Source: Diplonema japonicum
Taxonomy: Eukaryota; Protista; Euglenozoa: Diplonemea
DNA: 64,000 bases
Direction: 5' to 3'
Assembly: GCA_964019335.1 (NCBI GenBank)
Contig: OZ025664.1
Location: 682,001-746,000 of the forward strand
Each line of letters begins with the position of its first letter. The first letter of the stretch is position 1. This document shows positions 22,445 through 35,938 of this stretch, piece by piece. The translations under genes were made by a program, and so were the position numbers. The notes beneath the pieces are model-generated. The model saw nothing but the letters and a program-made list of their open reading frames with translations, did no database searches and was not told the DNA's origin.

Positions 22445-22889
22445 TGGAACCGTGCTGCACAGCTAGCCTAATCCTCCAGTCGCAGCCTATGCTGTTGTTA
22501 GAAATTCACTTTTTCCCATGTACCAATTTCTTTTAGTTATAAATTTCTTAGTACGTTTCACTTCCAGAAGTAGTGGCTCCTTACAAAAATGAGCATTGCA
22601 ACGCACCGACAGGGTTTAAAAAAAAAGGAACAGAGGAATTTTGGTAAGTGGCAAAGATGTTGCTCCCCCCACTCATCATAAGTGTAGATGAAAAAAAATA
22701 AAAAAGAAAATGAAAAAGAAAAAAAAGGAAAGGAGTTAAAAAGTTCTTCCTTAAAGAGTCGCCCGTCAAAAGAAGCACCTCTGTTCCCTGTCGTTTGGTT
22801 TGCGAACCCGTTCTTTGTTGATTTTCTCTTTTCCCTTTCTTTTTATTCGTCACTCGCGTATCACCGCTTCACAGGAAAGCTAGAAAAGT

Positions 22890-24157
<1,268 letters not shown>

Positions 24158-24245
24158 TTTAATGTGTCAGCAAAAAAAAGAAGAAGAAAAAAATGGAATC
24201 TCGAAAAGAAGAAATGAAATTTATCTAACGCCGAGCTTAGTTCGA

Positions 24246-24277
<32 letters not shown>

Positions 24278-24587
24278 GTCCATTCCCCAATCACGTTGCC
24301 GCGTAGCGTTTTTGCTGCTTTATTCCTTTTTTATTATCAGGAAAAAGAAAGAAGAGAAAAGGAGAAAGAGCACGCAATCCAGCGGCCCTGCCTACGTTCA
24401 TATCTGTTTAGGTCGCTTTGTCTGTAGTTCCTTTAAGACTTTTTCTGGTGTGGTACATCATAGGCTTACTTTCTTGCGGTATGGGCTGGGCTGGGCTGGG
24501 GGCGTTGTGACCGTTGCCTTTGTACTGGAATGGCGTAAGCAGAGCCCGTGTTCTGTACCGAGTAATAGTACTTTCTCCGCTATCGAG

Positions 24588-24625
<38 letters not shown>

Positions 24626-25329
24626 GTCACCGGCACCTTTCCTCCCCATCCCTGCGCGGGTCTTGCAAGTGGAAGCACCCAGCAGACAAGGATGGATATC
24701 TTGCCGAATGAAAGAGAAAAAAAAAAAAGAAATCCAACAAAAGAAATTTAAAAAAAGGAATGGAAGGGGGAAAAAAAAAAAAGGAACCGTTTTTTTTTTT
24801 AACTGCGCTTGCTGTGCGCACTAGCGGGAAGAAGAGAAAAGGGAATAAAATAGTAATAATACTTCACAAGAAGAAAGAGGGAAATGAAAGAAAGAAATAA
24901 TGGGGGGGGGGAGAAACAGCTAGAGAGGGGTTTGAGGCTTGAGTTGTACCTCCACCTTTCCTTCCTTCTCGATTAGTGTTCTTCGTATAGAGATGTGTGG
25001 CTGCCTTGCTGACGTCAGGGATAATAGTGCTATGTTTTTTTCGTTTTTCTCCTGGGGTAGTCGTTGCTAACACTCCCCCTTATGTATTCCCCTCTGATGG
25101 TCTTTCTTGCCTGGTTGTGCCCGGTGTTCATTGCCGCAGGTTACGCATTCTCGAAGCACGCAGCATGGCACCACGCGTCAGCAGATCCACCGGCTGTGGC
25201 CTTTCCACCCCCCACCCCCTCTTCTTCTTCTTTGTTTTCAGTTACGTATTCTTTACTTTTGTGCAGTTTTCCTTCTTTAAATACGTACTTCACTGTCAAC
25301 TACCACACAACAGACGTTAGCCTCATGTG

Positions 25330-25848
25330 ATGAGACGTGTAGTAGTGCACAGAGCTGAGGACGGCAGGGTAGGCGTGACATGCGTGGGGCGCAAGGTGAC
25401 TGAGGTTGAGCGAGAGTGCGGCATCCGCAAAGGCGACACGCTCATCGCCGTGAACGGCATAGAGGTGCGTGACGACTCTGGGCATGTGGTCGATGCCTTC
25501 CGTACATGCCCGGACAGCTTCGAGGTGGTCCTGCATCGCGAGCATGGCGGCATTGAGGACACGTTGAATGTTGCAAGCTTACCGCAAAAGAGGGGTCCCT
25601 ACTCCTTCAGCCCTCCTTTCGAGCATCAAGACGGTGTAGGTTGTGCTAGGATGGCGCACCGCCTGCGCACGCAATCTATACGCAGACAACAGTTGTCCAG
25701 TTCCCAGCTGGCAACACCTACCTTCTCATCCCCGTGGATTACACAAGACTCCCGCCCTCCATGGATGTCCACAGGCACCACTAGGCACCCCCCTCCAGAA
25801 CTGCTCTCAAAGAGCATTAGCCCACCAAGGCGTCGCCCGGCTTTGTAG
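25330..25848 (+). CDS. Small PDZ-like domain protein
   Basis: GRVGVT...GIRKGDTLIAVNGIEV PDZ pattern followed by a low-complexity tail. Confidence 0.65.
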   Translation: MRRVVVHRAEDGRVGVTCVGRKVTEVERECGIRKGDTLIAVNGIEVRDDSGHVVDAFRTCPDSFEVVLHREHGGIEDTLNVASLPQKRGPYSFSPPFEHQDGVGCARMAHRLRTQSIRRQQLSSSQLATPTFSSPWITQDSRPPWMSTGTTRHPPPELLSKSISPPRRRPAL

Positions 25849-25917
25849 TTTGTAGTTAGTACTGTACCTTGTTTATTGTAGCATCTCATCGTCTTGCTCT
25901 GCCCACACTTCTTAGGA

Positions 25918-26796
25918 ATGCGACATGCGACACTGGTCTTAACATGCCTGCCGTGGGTGCTGCTGCTGTTGTGCTATAGTCACACGGCTGTGAGCACAAG
26001 TGCGTGGAGGATGGCAGCCCTGGCTGCAGTGGAGAAAGAGACAGCAAGGGCCAAGGGAGAAATCGAAACAGGGTTGGCAGACTTGGATATTTGCAAGAGC
26101 AAGATAGCGAACACCGAGGAGCTTACTAAGCAGTTGGTCCAGATACACGAGGCAATCATTAAGAGGGCGAAGAAGGTGGAAGAGCCTGTCATGCAGCGAA
26201 TGGATGGGTTGTGGGATGTGTCTGTTGACGAACTGAGAAGGTACGTGAAGGAGGGCAACAAAGAAGCCTTGGCAGGGGTTTCGAGGGAGTATTTACGTGA
26301 CCTGAGGTATGGGAATGACTGGACGCTGATGCATGTGGCAGTGAGTATGAACAGCAGTGTGGACATACTGCGCACAATGGAGCATTTGAAAGACACACCG
26401 GACAGGTTCGGCTGCACCCCCATGTGTCTAGCTTTAGAGTTGCGGTCTCCTACGCTACAGCATTTAATCGAGTTAGGCGCGAACCCCTTCATACCAACTA
26501 AAGATGGTCGTCCCCCGTCGGCATCAACCTACTTAGCGGCGTACGTTACGTCGCTCTTTACTGAGAGCGTCACCCCTCAAGCCGAGCTGCCTGACCTTAC
26601 CTCCGCCCTATCTCTCTACTGGGCACCGTTTCTTACGACACCCGACCCTGTGGATCTTTCTCTTTTCCACCCCCCCGATTACCCTCTCCCTGCTACACCG
26701 CGACAGGTGATGAAAACTCTCCTCGCATGGCGGCCTCGGGGTGAATCCACGGAGGCCGCCTTGCAGCGCATCACTAAATGGCTTGCGACACTTTAG
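25918..26796 (+). CDS. Ankyrin-repeat protein with N-terminal signal anchor and coiled coil
   Basis: WTLMHVAV, DRFGCTPMCLA and LIELGANP ankyrin motifs. Confidence 0.72.
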   Translation: MRHATLVLTCLPWVLLLLCYSHTAVSTSAWRMAALAAVEKETARAKGEIETGLADLDICKSKIANTEELTKQLVQIHEAIIKRAKKVEEPVMQRMDGLWDVSVDELRRYVKEGNKEALAGVSREYLRDLRYGNDWTLMHVAVSMNSSVDILRTMEHLKDTPDRFGCTPMCLALELRSPTLQHLIELGANPFIPTKDGRPPSASTYLAAYVTSLFTESVTPQAELPDLTSALSLYWAPFLTTPDPVDLSLFHPPDYPLPATPRQVMKTLLAWRPRGESTEAALQRITKWLATL

Positions 26797-26859
26797 GATA
26801 TCAAATGATAGGATGTTGCCTGTTGTCACTTTGCTTGTAATTAATATCTCAGGTGAACG

Positions 26860-28629
26860 ATGTCGGGGCAGCTTGAAGCAAGTGACCCTCCCGAGCCACC
26901 TACTTCGCCGCCGGTCTATGACACTACACAGCTACCGTCTTTGGTGAAGCCTAGGTCTTTTGACAGTGATTCATGCTCATCTGGTGTATCGCATCACACA
27001 GTGTCCGATAGCGAGCCCCCCTCCCCTCCTCCGGGCATCATGTCTCCAGTGGCTGTGACTGAGCAGCAAGAAAGTGTGACGCCTGAACCCCAGAGAGGCG
27101 TGAAGCCAGAGACACCAGATTCGTCGCCCCCACCACCACCACCACCACCACCAGGTGCGAGTGAAAGCCCACATAACTCTTTGCGGGAACCAACCAACAC
27201 TCTGAATGTGGACTCCAGCATAGCATCTCCGGGGGTAGTACAATCCCCTGGGGGGACGGATAATGGTGCTAAGGTTGAACTTGAGGCCTCACAAGAGCCT
27301 GTGCGAAAGGCCGCTCTAGAGGTAGAAACGGAAGAAGCACAGCAGGTGCAAGATCCAATTCTATCCATGGAACTCCCGCTGCCGCCAGTGAGGCAAGTAA
27401 CACCGTCACCACGCGTCTCTGACCCTGGTCGCATATCCCAACCCAGCCGAGCACCTAGTTCCCACGCGAGCCTCGCATCTAACCCAAGCCCGGCATCCAA
27501 CGCCAGTCCTGCGTCCAACCCTTTCCGGGTACCTGACCCCAGTCCAGCATCCAGCCCTGTATTCGGTGAGTCACAGCAACACGCTGTAGACCTGCGAGCT
27601 CCTGGTGTTGCACCTAGCTACACCCCGATGGGCATTGTAGACCCCCCTGCGCTGGCGTCTCCTCCTGTACGTGCTCAGCCAGCACAACCAGCTGCGCCTG
27701 CTGAGCCAATTGTCGGGACTCTGCCGTCAGAGCAGCAGCTGCACAGCCTCGGGAAGAAGATATCTAGGCAGAGCATTTCTTCTGATGGTGTACGTCATGT
27801 GCAGAACTTGCTGACATCTCTGAAGGCAAGGGGAAAGCCTGTGTCTGTTGCACCAGAGGCGCAGGTGAGGGAAGGAGGAGGCGATGCTATTTTAAAGCTG
27901 CTTGCACCTGAAGAAGACATGGGGCGGGCTGTAATTGTGCAAAGCGAAGTTAAGATGCGAGAGAGCTTGCTTTGTACAGTATTTGGCAGCGGAAGCCGAG
28001 CGAGCTGCAACATGTCACCTGAAGAGAAAAAGAGGAAACTGGAACGCAAACGGGACAAAAAAATACAAAAGCTTAAAACACTGCGGCAAGCTGAGATTCA
28101 CCGTGCTTGGCAGCAAGGGCGCAGGGAGCCATGTGATGTGACGGAGGTTGAGCGAGAAGAGGAAAGCAAGCGAGTGATGGAGGCAAATAAACTTACTAAG
28201 TCTTTGAGGCAACATTTCAAAGGATGTTCGCCCCCCTTTGCTTGCAACGTACATGACTTGTGGAACCGGGGTATCATCGTGCCGCCTGAGGAGCAGCCGC
28301 ACACGCCGGAGAACCCTATTGCCTCGGACAAGGCGTATCACGAACTGGCGGCAGGATTGCGGAGATCGTACTGGCAGCAGCGAGTAGACAGGGAGCAGGA
28401 GTGCAGGGAGGAAGAGTTTAAGTCGTCGCTGTCTAGCAAGCCCACTCGGGGGGACGGGCTGCCGTACCTCAGCAAGACCAACCCTACTACATCCGCCTCT
28501 CAAACACCCACCAGCTTCGGTTCCATCGTAGAAAGGTTTGAGTACGAACTGGAACATGGCCCCACAGATGACTGTGACCCCAGAACAGCCGTCTCACGGT
28601 GGAAGGACACCCGACAACCCTGGAAATAG
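26860..28629 (+). CDS. Pro/Ser-rich hypothetical protein
   Basis: 589-aa ORF with a (CCA)n poly-Pro run and a charged C-terminal half. Confidence 0.72.
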   Translation: MSGQLEASDPPEPPTSPPVYDTTQLPSLVKPRSFDSDSCSSGVSHHTVSDSEPPSPPPGIMSPVAVTEQQESVTPEPQRGVKPETPDSSPPPPPPPPPGASESPHNSLREPTNTLNVDSSIASPGVVQSPGGTDNGAKVELEASQEPVRKAALEVETEEAQQVQDPILSMELPLPPVRQVTPSPRVSDPGRISQPSRAPSSHASLASNPSPASNASPASNPFRVPDPSPASSPVFGESQQHAVDLRAPGVAPSYTPMGIVDPPALASPPVRAQPAQPAAPAEPIVGTLPSEQQLHSLGKKISRQSISSDGVRHVQNLLTSLKARGKPVSVAPEAQVREGGGDAILKLLAPEEDMGRAVIVQSEVKMRESLLCTVFGSGSRASCNMSPEEKKRKLERKRDKKIQKLKTLRQAEIHRAWQQGRREPCDVTEVEREEESKRVMEANKLTKSLRQHFKGCSPPFACNVHDLWNRGIIVPPEEQPHTPENPIASDKAYHELAAGLRRSYWQQRVDREQECREEEFKSSLSSKPTRGDGLPYLSKTNPTTSASQTPTSFGSIVERFEYELEHGPTDDCDPRTAVSRWKDTRQPWK

Positions 28630-28695
28630 AGTATTAGAACTTGCCCCCCCATCTTACATTTCTATCCCCACCACCCAAACCTTACAGGAAACGAG

Positions 28696-30627
28696 ATGGC
28701 GGAGCTAAAGCTCGTCTTATGCGGTGACAAATGGCCTGCCCAGGAGAAATTGAGCAACAACCTCATCTTAAAGGTTCCAGCTGAGAAGCCGTTGGAGGAC
28801 AGCTCAGTTGGGATTCGCCAGCTGTTGAAAGAGGACTCGCTCTCGAAGTACGATTTCCACAAGGGAAAGGGCAAGCCGCCTAATGTGATACCAGGAGCTA
28901 AGGTATCTTTGCAAAAAACTCCAAAGGAGATTGGTGACAAGGGAGGACTAGTAGTGCTGTATATCAAAGAGAAGGAAGACAAGAAGAAGGAAAAGCTCTC
29001 GGACACTGTGAAGCTGCTTCTATGCGGAGAGGAGTGGAAGTCAATGACAAAGCTCAGCGACAACATCATCGTGCAATGCAAGAGGAGCGAAAAGCTTGAG
29101 ACGGTTTTGCCGCTCATATTACGCGAGCTGAAGCTGTCGTCGTTTGATGACTACGAAATGTGCAAAGGAAGGGGGAAGGCTCCTGACGTCACGCCAGGTG
29201 CAGTTGTGCAGTTGTCAAGGACACCAGACAGCTTGGGATTGAGCGGTGCGGCGTTGCTGTACGTTAGGAAGGTGAAGGTTGAAGTAAAAGAGGAGAAGAA
29301 AGAGGAAAAAGTACAAGAGCACCGCACAATCTACCAGCTGGGTGCCAGAGTTGATGTTCTTGACCCAGACAATGGCGAGTGGCTGCCTGGAAGCGTGACC
29401 TGCGTCCGTGAGGACGGCACATACGACGTTACCTACGACAAGGGCAGCTCTGACAAGTACGTAGAGTCGGACGACCTGCGTCCTGGGAAGGTATGCATTC
29501 TGCTTTCTCGCACCGATACAAGGAGCTTCCCAAGACTGAGGCAGCACCGAAGAAGGTCTCGGTAGATGACCAACGGAAAGCGTTGAAGGCTCTCCTCGAC
29601 GAGTTTCCCAACAAGAGCGTCCCCGAGGTGGGCGGCGTGTTGAAGAGCAAGGGCTTCGACGTCGAGGTATGCTGCGCACAGCACAAAACTCAATACAGGA
29701 AGCACGCAAATTACTGAAAGCGACAGAACCTGAAGAAGAGGAAAAACCGGAGAAGAAGAAGAAAGTGATCAAGCCCATCGTGCTGGAAAAGTACACAATC
29801 AATCTGAGTTCGCCGACAGAGTCGCTTGGCCTGGAATTCCACACTATCTCGAACAAGGTGTTTATCGACCTCGTTGTTGAGGACCATCCCTTCGCGAGGG
29901 CGAAGGTGCCGACGGACTGCATCCTTATGAAAATGAACAACGAATTTGTGAAGGACAAAGCAGGCATTCTGACCGTGCTAGGGAACATCAGAAAAGATGG
30001 TATCATGCAGTTTGACATTGAAGTCGACACAAGACCAGAGGCGAAGATCTGGTTATACGCCCCTGTAGATGTGTGCTTCGACAGGGAGTGGGAGCGGGGG
30101 ATCGTGGTGGCACTCAACGACGATGAGACATTTGACGTGAAGATGGTGGAGGACGGGGAGACGGAACACAGTGTCGAGTACCAAGACATCAGGATAAGAA
30201 CTGGGGACATCAAGGAAGCCAACGACGCGGCAGAGGGGCTGAAGGATGCCCCCCCTACGAACCCACCCTCAACAATGCCTGACCACGAAGGCATCGTGAA
30301 GAAGCAAGGTGCTGACGTGGTGGGGCTTTACAAACTTCGCCGTTTTGCCTTGTACGGTACCGCACTGTATTACTTCCACCCAAACAAGCCCAAGCCTCTT
30401 GGTGTCCTTGACCTCAGGCAGTCTATCGTTGTCAGTGATGTTAAGAAAGGACAGGTATACAGTCATTCAACACAGCTCATCATCACCTACAGGACTGGTT
30501 CGCTATCGGCGGCAAGAGGCTTGACCGAGTCTACAACTTCATTGCCGGCTCAACAGAAGAGAAGGATGATTGGCTGGTGGCTTTCCAGGAGGCCGGCAGC
30601 ATCATCAAACGAAAGAACGAAGAGTAG
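28696..30627 (+). CDS. Multidomain adaptor: duplicated N-terminal domain, Tudor/Agenet-like, CUE-like, PDZ-like, Tudor-like, PH; introns 29491-29522, 29667-29698, 30455-30492
   Basis: Three GTAT..AG introns join three ORF fragments. The PH domain (HEGIVKKQG..RRFAL....LYYF..KPLGVLDL..EEKDDWL) is complete only after splicing. Confidence 0.8.
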
Positions 30628-30919
30628 CTTTGCTTACGTGAGGTGCACCCTCAAACAAAACAAGAATCGAAATGAAACCCGTCTCTTCAGTGGCATTCAC
30701 AACCAGGTGTCGAATGCAGACATTGTTTCAGGGTCGAATCACAACGGACGTCATAGCAGTAGTAGTAGTGAACAGGTGCCAGACCTGCTCCACCTTCCTA
30801 TGGGATCTTTTTTGATTGTCTGTGAAGGCATAGTGTAGTGCGCGGTATTGTTGCACCGCGTTGTATCCGTCCCGCTTTTTAAATGGAATGCCGACAAAGC
30901 AACGCACACAGGATACACA

Positions 30920-33900
30920 ATGGACAGCAGTGAGCCCAGCCCAACGGACTATGCGGCTGAGGTTCAATCCGCCCATGAGCTTGTTAGCCACCGTGATGAG
31001 CTGCTGTCGAATTCTACTTTCAAGCCAGACAAGCTATCCACTGGTGCTCTGCTTCTCTCAAAATTACGCAACTTGCTCGTCGCTTTGAAAGTCTTGAAGC
31101 CCGACGTGCCGCAAGAGCGCACGGTCGATATCGGTGTCAGAACGGAAGCAGGATGGTATGCCATCGAACACACTAGCACCCCACACGCAGCTTCCCTGCG
31201 AACGTTGTTCGCAATCAGAAATTCTCTGTGTTCAGCTTCCTTCCGCTCTCGCTCTATGAGCAGTTCCGTTACTTCTTCAACATGTATTTCCTGCTGGTGG
31301 CTTTATCGCAGTTTTACCCCCCTCTTCAGGTATATTGCTAACATTTGTACACACACGCACGCACACACACACACACACAGGTCGGCTTCTTGTTCACCTA
31401 CATCGCGCCACTCGTTTTCGTCGTTGCCATCGCGTTGCTCAAAGAAGCTTACGATGACTTCCAGAGATTCATGCGGGATAATGAAGCGAACGGAGAGAAG
31501 TACGAAGCGTACCTTGGCAAGGGGAAGTGGGGACGCATTGCGAGCAAGGACATCACTGTGGGGATGGTGCTGCGACTCAAGCCTAACACGAGAGTGCCTT
31601 CGGATTGCATTCTGCTGAAGACATCAGAAAAAGATGGGTCTTTTGTTCGAACGGACCAGCTGGACGGCGAGACCGACTGGAAGCTCCGTATCCCAGTCAC
31701 CGCCACGCAGTCCATGAAGGACGAGGTTATCGTGAACGGCAGTATCAAGCTTTGGGCACAGGAACCACACGAATACATCTACGAGTTCGTAGGCAAGGTG
31801 CTGCACGAGGGCGAGTCTCACGAGGATGCAGACCCCCTCTCTCTGGAAAACACACTGTGGGCAAACTGCGTGCTGGCGACGGGGACCGCATTGGTGTGTG
31901 TGATCTACACCGGGAAAGAAACTAGATCAGCCATGAACGCCAACCAACCCAGTACCAAGGCAGGCCTCATCGATCTAGAACTGAACTTTCTTTCTAAACT
32001 GCTCTTCGTGATCACTCTCTTTCTGGCCCTCGTGATGGTTGCCTTCCAGCGTTTTGCTGGGGAGTGGTATATTTCATTTTTTCGCTATGTCCTGCTGTTC
32101 TCTTCCATTATCCCTATCTCTCTCCGTGTGAATCTCGACATGGGGAAGGCCGTGTACTCCTTCTTCATTATGCGAGATGACCAAATGCAGGGTGTCATGG
32201 TGAGAAACAGTAACCTGCCCGAAGAGCTGGGGAGGATTGGGTACTTGTTTTCTGACAAAACAGGGACGCTCACGAAAAACGAGATGGTGTTCAGGAAGCT
32301 CTTCACAGGGTCTGACGTTCCTAAAGGATGGCTACACACGGACAAGGAAGATATGGAGACGACAATCGACGCCAGTTTCAGTCAGAGTACTGTCAGTCCG
32401 AACTCGTCAAGCGGCAGCCTTCCAAGGGAGGAGACAGACTACGACTTCACTAGGGCTGCTTCTTCTAAGCAGATGGACGACCTGATCAGTGCAGTCACTG
32501 CTCTCGCGGTGGCACACAATGTAACGCCTGTTATTGATCCGGACAGTGGGACTCGCGAGTACCAAGCTTCGTCACCTGATGAGGTGGCTCTGGTGAAGTT
32601 CTGCGAGTCCATTGGTGTCATCCTTGAGTACCGCGACCGTAGGTGCATGTCTTTAAGGAGCAGGCACAAGCACGCCACATTGACAGATTTAGTGAAACTG
32701 GAAAAGGACAATTTCGGCTACAAGTTGGTAGGCTCGGAGGATCCTAACGAGGAGCACATTGGGTGGTACGTCGTGCAGGCAGACAACAAGCCGTACAACG
32801 AGGAAATCGACATCAACAGCATGATCAAGCTGAAGATGGGGGGCCTCAACGTTAAGGTAGAGAAGCGCATCAACTACGACATCTTGATCGAGTTCCCTTT
32901 TACATCCGAGTCCAGGCGCATGGGGATCATCGTAAGGAACATGGAGACCAAGGCCATCCACCTCTTCATGAAAGGCGCTGATACAAAGATGGCTGAAATT
33001 GTGAAGCCTTCTCTCTGGCTTGAGGAAGAATGTACTAACCTTGCACGCGAGGGTCTGCGAACGCTTGTCTTCGGTGCTAAGAAGATTTCAGATGAAGAGT
33101 TCGAGTCTTTTAGCGCACTGCACAAGCAAGCGCTGAAGTCCAGGGACCCTAAGAAAGAGGTGGAGCAGATCCGCTTGCAGATCGAGGAAGACTTGGAGCT
33201 CATCGGGATGACGGGCGTAGAGGACAAGTTACAGGACGATGTTGCGAAGACCTTGGAGCACCTCAGGAAGGCGGGGATTAGGGTGTGGATGTTAACAGGC
33301 GACAAGGTGGAGACGGCTACATGCATCGCTAGGAGTACGAGGCTTGTTGCAAAGGACGGTGGGATCTTCCCTTTCGATTGCGTAGGCGACAGGTACGAGT
33401 CACTGTGGGAACGCGAGGACGGGAGGGATGGGTGGCGCCCTGGGAAGATCGTCACAACCGAAGAACTGGCGCTCGACTTCTTGAGCTCATTCGAAAGATA
33501 TGTGTCGAGCGGGAGCAGGATGGGCGGCGTCACAATGGTCATTGACGGCAAGTCCCTCGAGAAGCTCATCCTCTGTGAGGTGGAGTTCGTTGAGGCATCA
33601 GGCAAAGCGGCGTCGGTGGTAGTGGCGAGGTGCAGTCCAACGCAGAAGGCGGACATCGTGGAGATTATGAAGAAGAACATAAAGGGAAATCTGCGCACTG
33701 CGTCTATTGGTGATGGTGGCAACGACGTGAGCATGATTCTTGCAGCCCATGTAGGTTTGGGTATCGAGGGCAAAGAGGGAAAACACGCCAGCCTTGCAGC
33801 TGACTACTCGCTTACAAAATTCTGCCACTGCTTGAGGCTTATCACGTGGCACGGAAGGAATTCTTACAAACGGTCAGCGAGGCTCAGCCAGTTCGTTATC

Positions 33901-34602
33901 CACAGGGGTCTTATTATATCCTTCATCCAAGCGGTGTTCTCAGCCCTCTTCTACTTCATGTCTGTGCCTATCTACACAGGGTGGCTTCTTGTGGGATACA
34001 GCACTGTGTACACAATGGTGCCTGTGTTCGCAATGGTGCTTGATGAGGATGCCACCGAGGAAGCTGTTATGGAGTTCCCAGAGTTGTACAAAGAGCTGCA
34101 CAAGTCGCGTGCTTTGAACCTACGGACGTTCTTGCAGTGGGTGTTCAAGGCAGTGTACCAAGGCGGGGTCATTATGTTGCTGGCGATGTACTTCTTCGAG
34201 TCGCAGTTCCTGCGCATTGTGACAATCACCTTCACTGCGCTCATCATGACAGAGCTCATCACCGTGTGGTTCGAGATGCACAAGATCACGTGGCTCTTCG
34301 TGGCCGCCGAGCTTTTCAGTTTCTTCGTGTACGCGATATCCTTCTTCTTCTTAGAAGAGCTCGACAGTGATTATGTGAGCTCGAGTTCCTTCTGGTGGAA
34401 GACCACCGTCATCACCGTTGCCGCCTGCTTCCCCGTCACTGCTGCGAAGGTTGTGGAGCGTGGCTGCTGCGAACCATCGTCCTCGAAGCTAAAAGAAGAC
34501 ACCGACCCCTGGATCTTCAAGACAATTATTGTAGTATCGGCGTGGCTGACGTCCAAGCGCACCGAACCAGATGTCCCCTCTGCTGCCGTCCCCTTGCTCT
34601 AA
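30920..34602 (+). CDS. ATP9: P4-type phospholipid-transporting ATPase, ATP9/NEO1 class; introns 31156-31190 and 31330-31380
   Basis: FPANVVRNQKF exon recovered by splicing. RTDQLDGETDWKLR, IIPISLRVNLDMGK, DKTGTLT, WMLTGDK and GDGGNDVSMI motifs. Confidence 0.93.
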
Positions 34603-34809
34603 GGTGTAATACCATATTTCAATTCGAGCAAAGTGGCCCTTATGTACTGACCTCTGAATACAGTACCTGACCACTTGCTTTGTTTCCATCATTCCGATTC
34701 TGACGGCGTGCTATGTTAGTGTTTCGTTTCCTTTTCAATTCCTTTTTGTCGTTCCCCTTATTTGTGTACGCTATCTCTGAGGCAGCAAAGGTAGAAATAA
34801 AAAGAAATC

Positions 34810-35781
34810 ATGGTAGTGGAGAAGAAGAAGAAGCCAAGCACAACGGTGCTGATAAACATCGATGTAGTGCTGTACGAGAGAGGGAAGCCGGAGACGCAGC
34901 TGCAACTGAGTGCGGTTAAGGGGTTAACTGTGTTGGGGTGCTGGGAGAAGGCGGTGGAGTTGATTGAGACAGGGTTGGGGTGGGCGGTGCCAAATTTGGA
35001 ATTTAGATTCTCGGACAAAAGTGGTATTTTCCACGAAAAGCAGATGGCAGCAGGCGACACAATTGTGACGCACTTGAGAGAGCAAAAGGGCATGCGGCTA
35101 GTACTGGCTCTCAACGATCACTACCTGATGTCGGAGGCGATGGTTGCGGATGAGGGCACACAACGGGAGACGATCGCCGCCTACCAGATGCACGAGTCGA
35201 GGCTACTCGCAAGAGCAACAGAAACGTCCTGCCTCAAAGCAAAATTCAATGAAGACGTGCGTGTCACCTTCAACAGGAGGTCCATAGAGGTTGTCGACCT
35301 AGAGCGGACTGAGCGAGCGCGTGTAGTGGCCGAAGAGCGTAGCATGATAGAAGGTTTGATGTCTTGCTTCCGCACTGAGCTGAGCAAGCACATCGTGCAG
35401 TACACGAACAACGCTAAGAGGATATCAGCGCTGCGAAGAAAGCTGGACGAGGATTTAAAAGAAGCAAAGAAGCATTGTAATGACTCCCATCTCCAGTACA
35501 AAGTGCGTGAGGTGCCTGCGCCCTACGCACCTTCCTTATGGGCCTCCACTCTACCGCAGGCAAGTGACTTGCTCATCACTTCCTTCACAAAACGGGAGAC
35601 CGGCAAACCCTACAAACGGGGCGCTCCTGACGGCCTCATGAAGTGCTCCGTTGAGACGCCCCATACCTCCCTGCGCGGCATTCCTCTCCCAGTCCCAAAA
35701 GGCTTCCTCTCCGGCATTGACAGGGGTGCCTTCCACCAGCTCGTTTCCAGACTCCACAATGATGCTTATGTTATTAAATGA
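34810..35781 (+). CDS. Hypothetical protein with coiled-coil middle
   Basis: 323-aa ORF on the cluster strand. Confidence 0.7.
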   Translation: MVVEKKKKPSTTVLINIDVVLYERGKPETQLQLSAVKGLTVLGCWEKAVELIETGLGWAVPNLEFRFSDKSGIFHEKQMAAGDTIVTHLREQKGMRLVLALNDHYLMSEAMVADEGTQRETIAAYQMHESRLLARATETSCLKAKFNEDVRVTFNRRSIEVVDLERTERARVVAEERSMIEGLMSCFRTELSKHIVQYTNNAKRISALRRKLDEDLKEAKKHCNDSHLQYKVREVPAPYAPSLWASTLPQASDLLITSFTKRETGKPYKRGAPDGLMKCSVETPHTSLRGIPLPVPKGFLSGIDRGAFHQLVSRLHNDAYVIK

Positions 35782-35938
35782 TGTTATTTCTCACCAAGGT
35801 TCTGCATTCCTGCAGCGCTGTCCTGATTTGAAAAGAAGGTGCTATGTGGTTGTGAAAGAATTCTTCCACGTGGCATCCCCGTGCTTTAAGGTTATATAAT
35901 TTGCAGCTTTCTACTTTGTCATATTTCAACAGGTGTCG

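Noticed and set aside
25082-25330. Possible small ORF MYSPLMVFLAW...
   Set aside because: No motifs, runs into pyrimidine-rich spacer DNA and abuts the next start; insufficient support.
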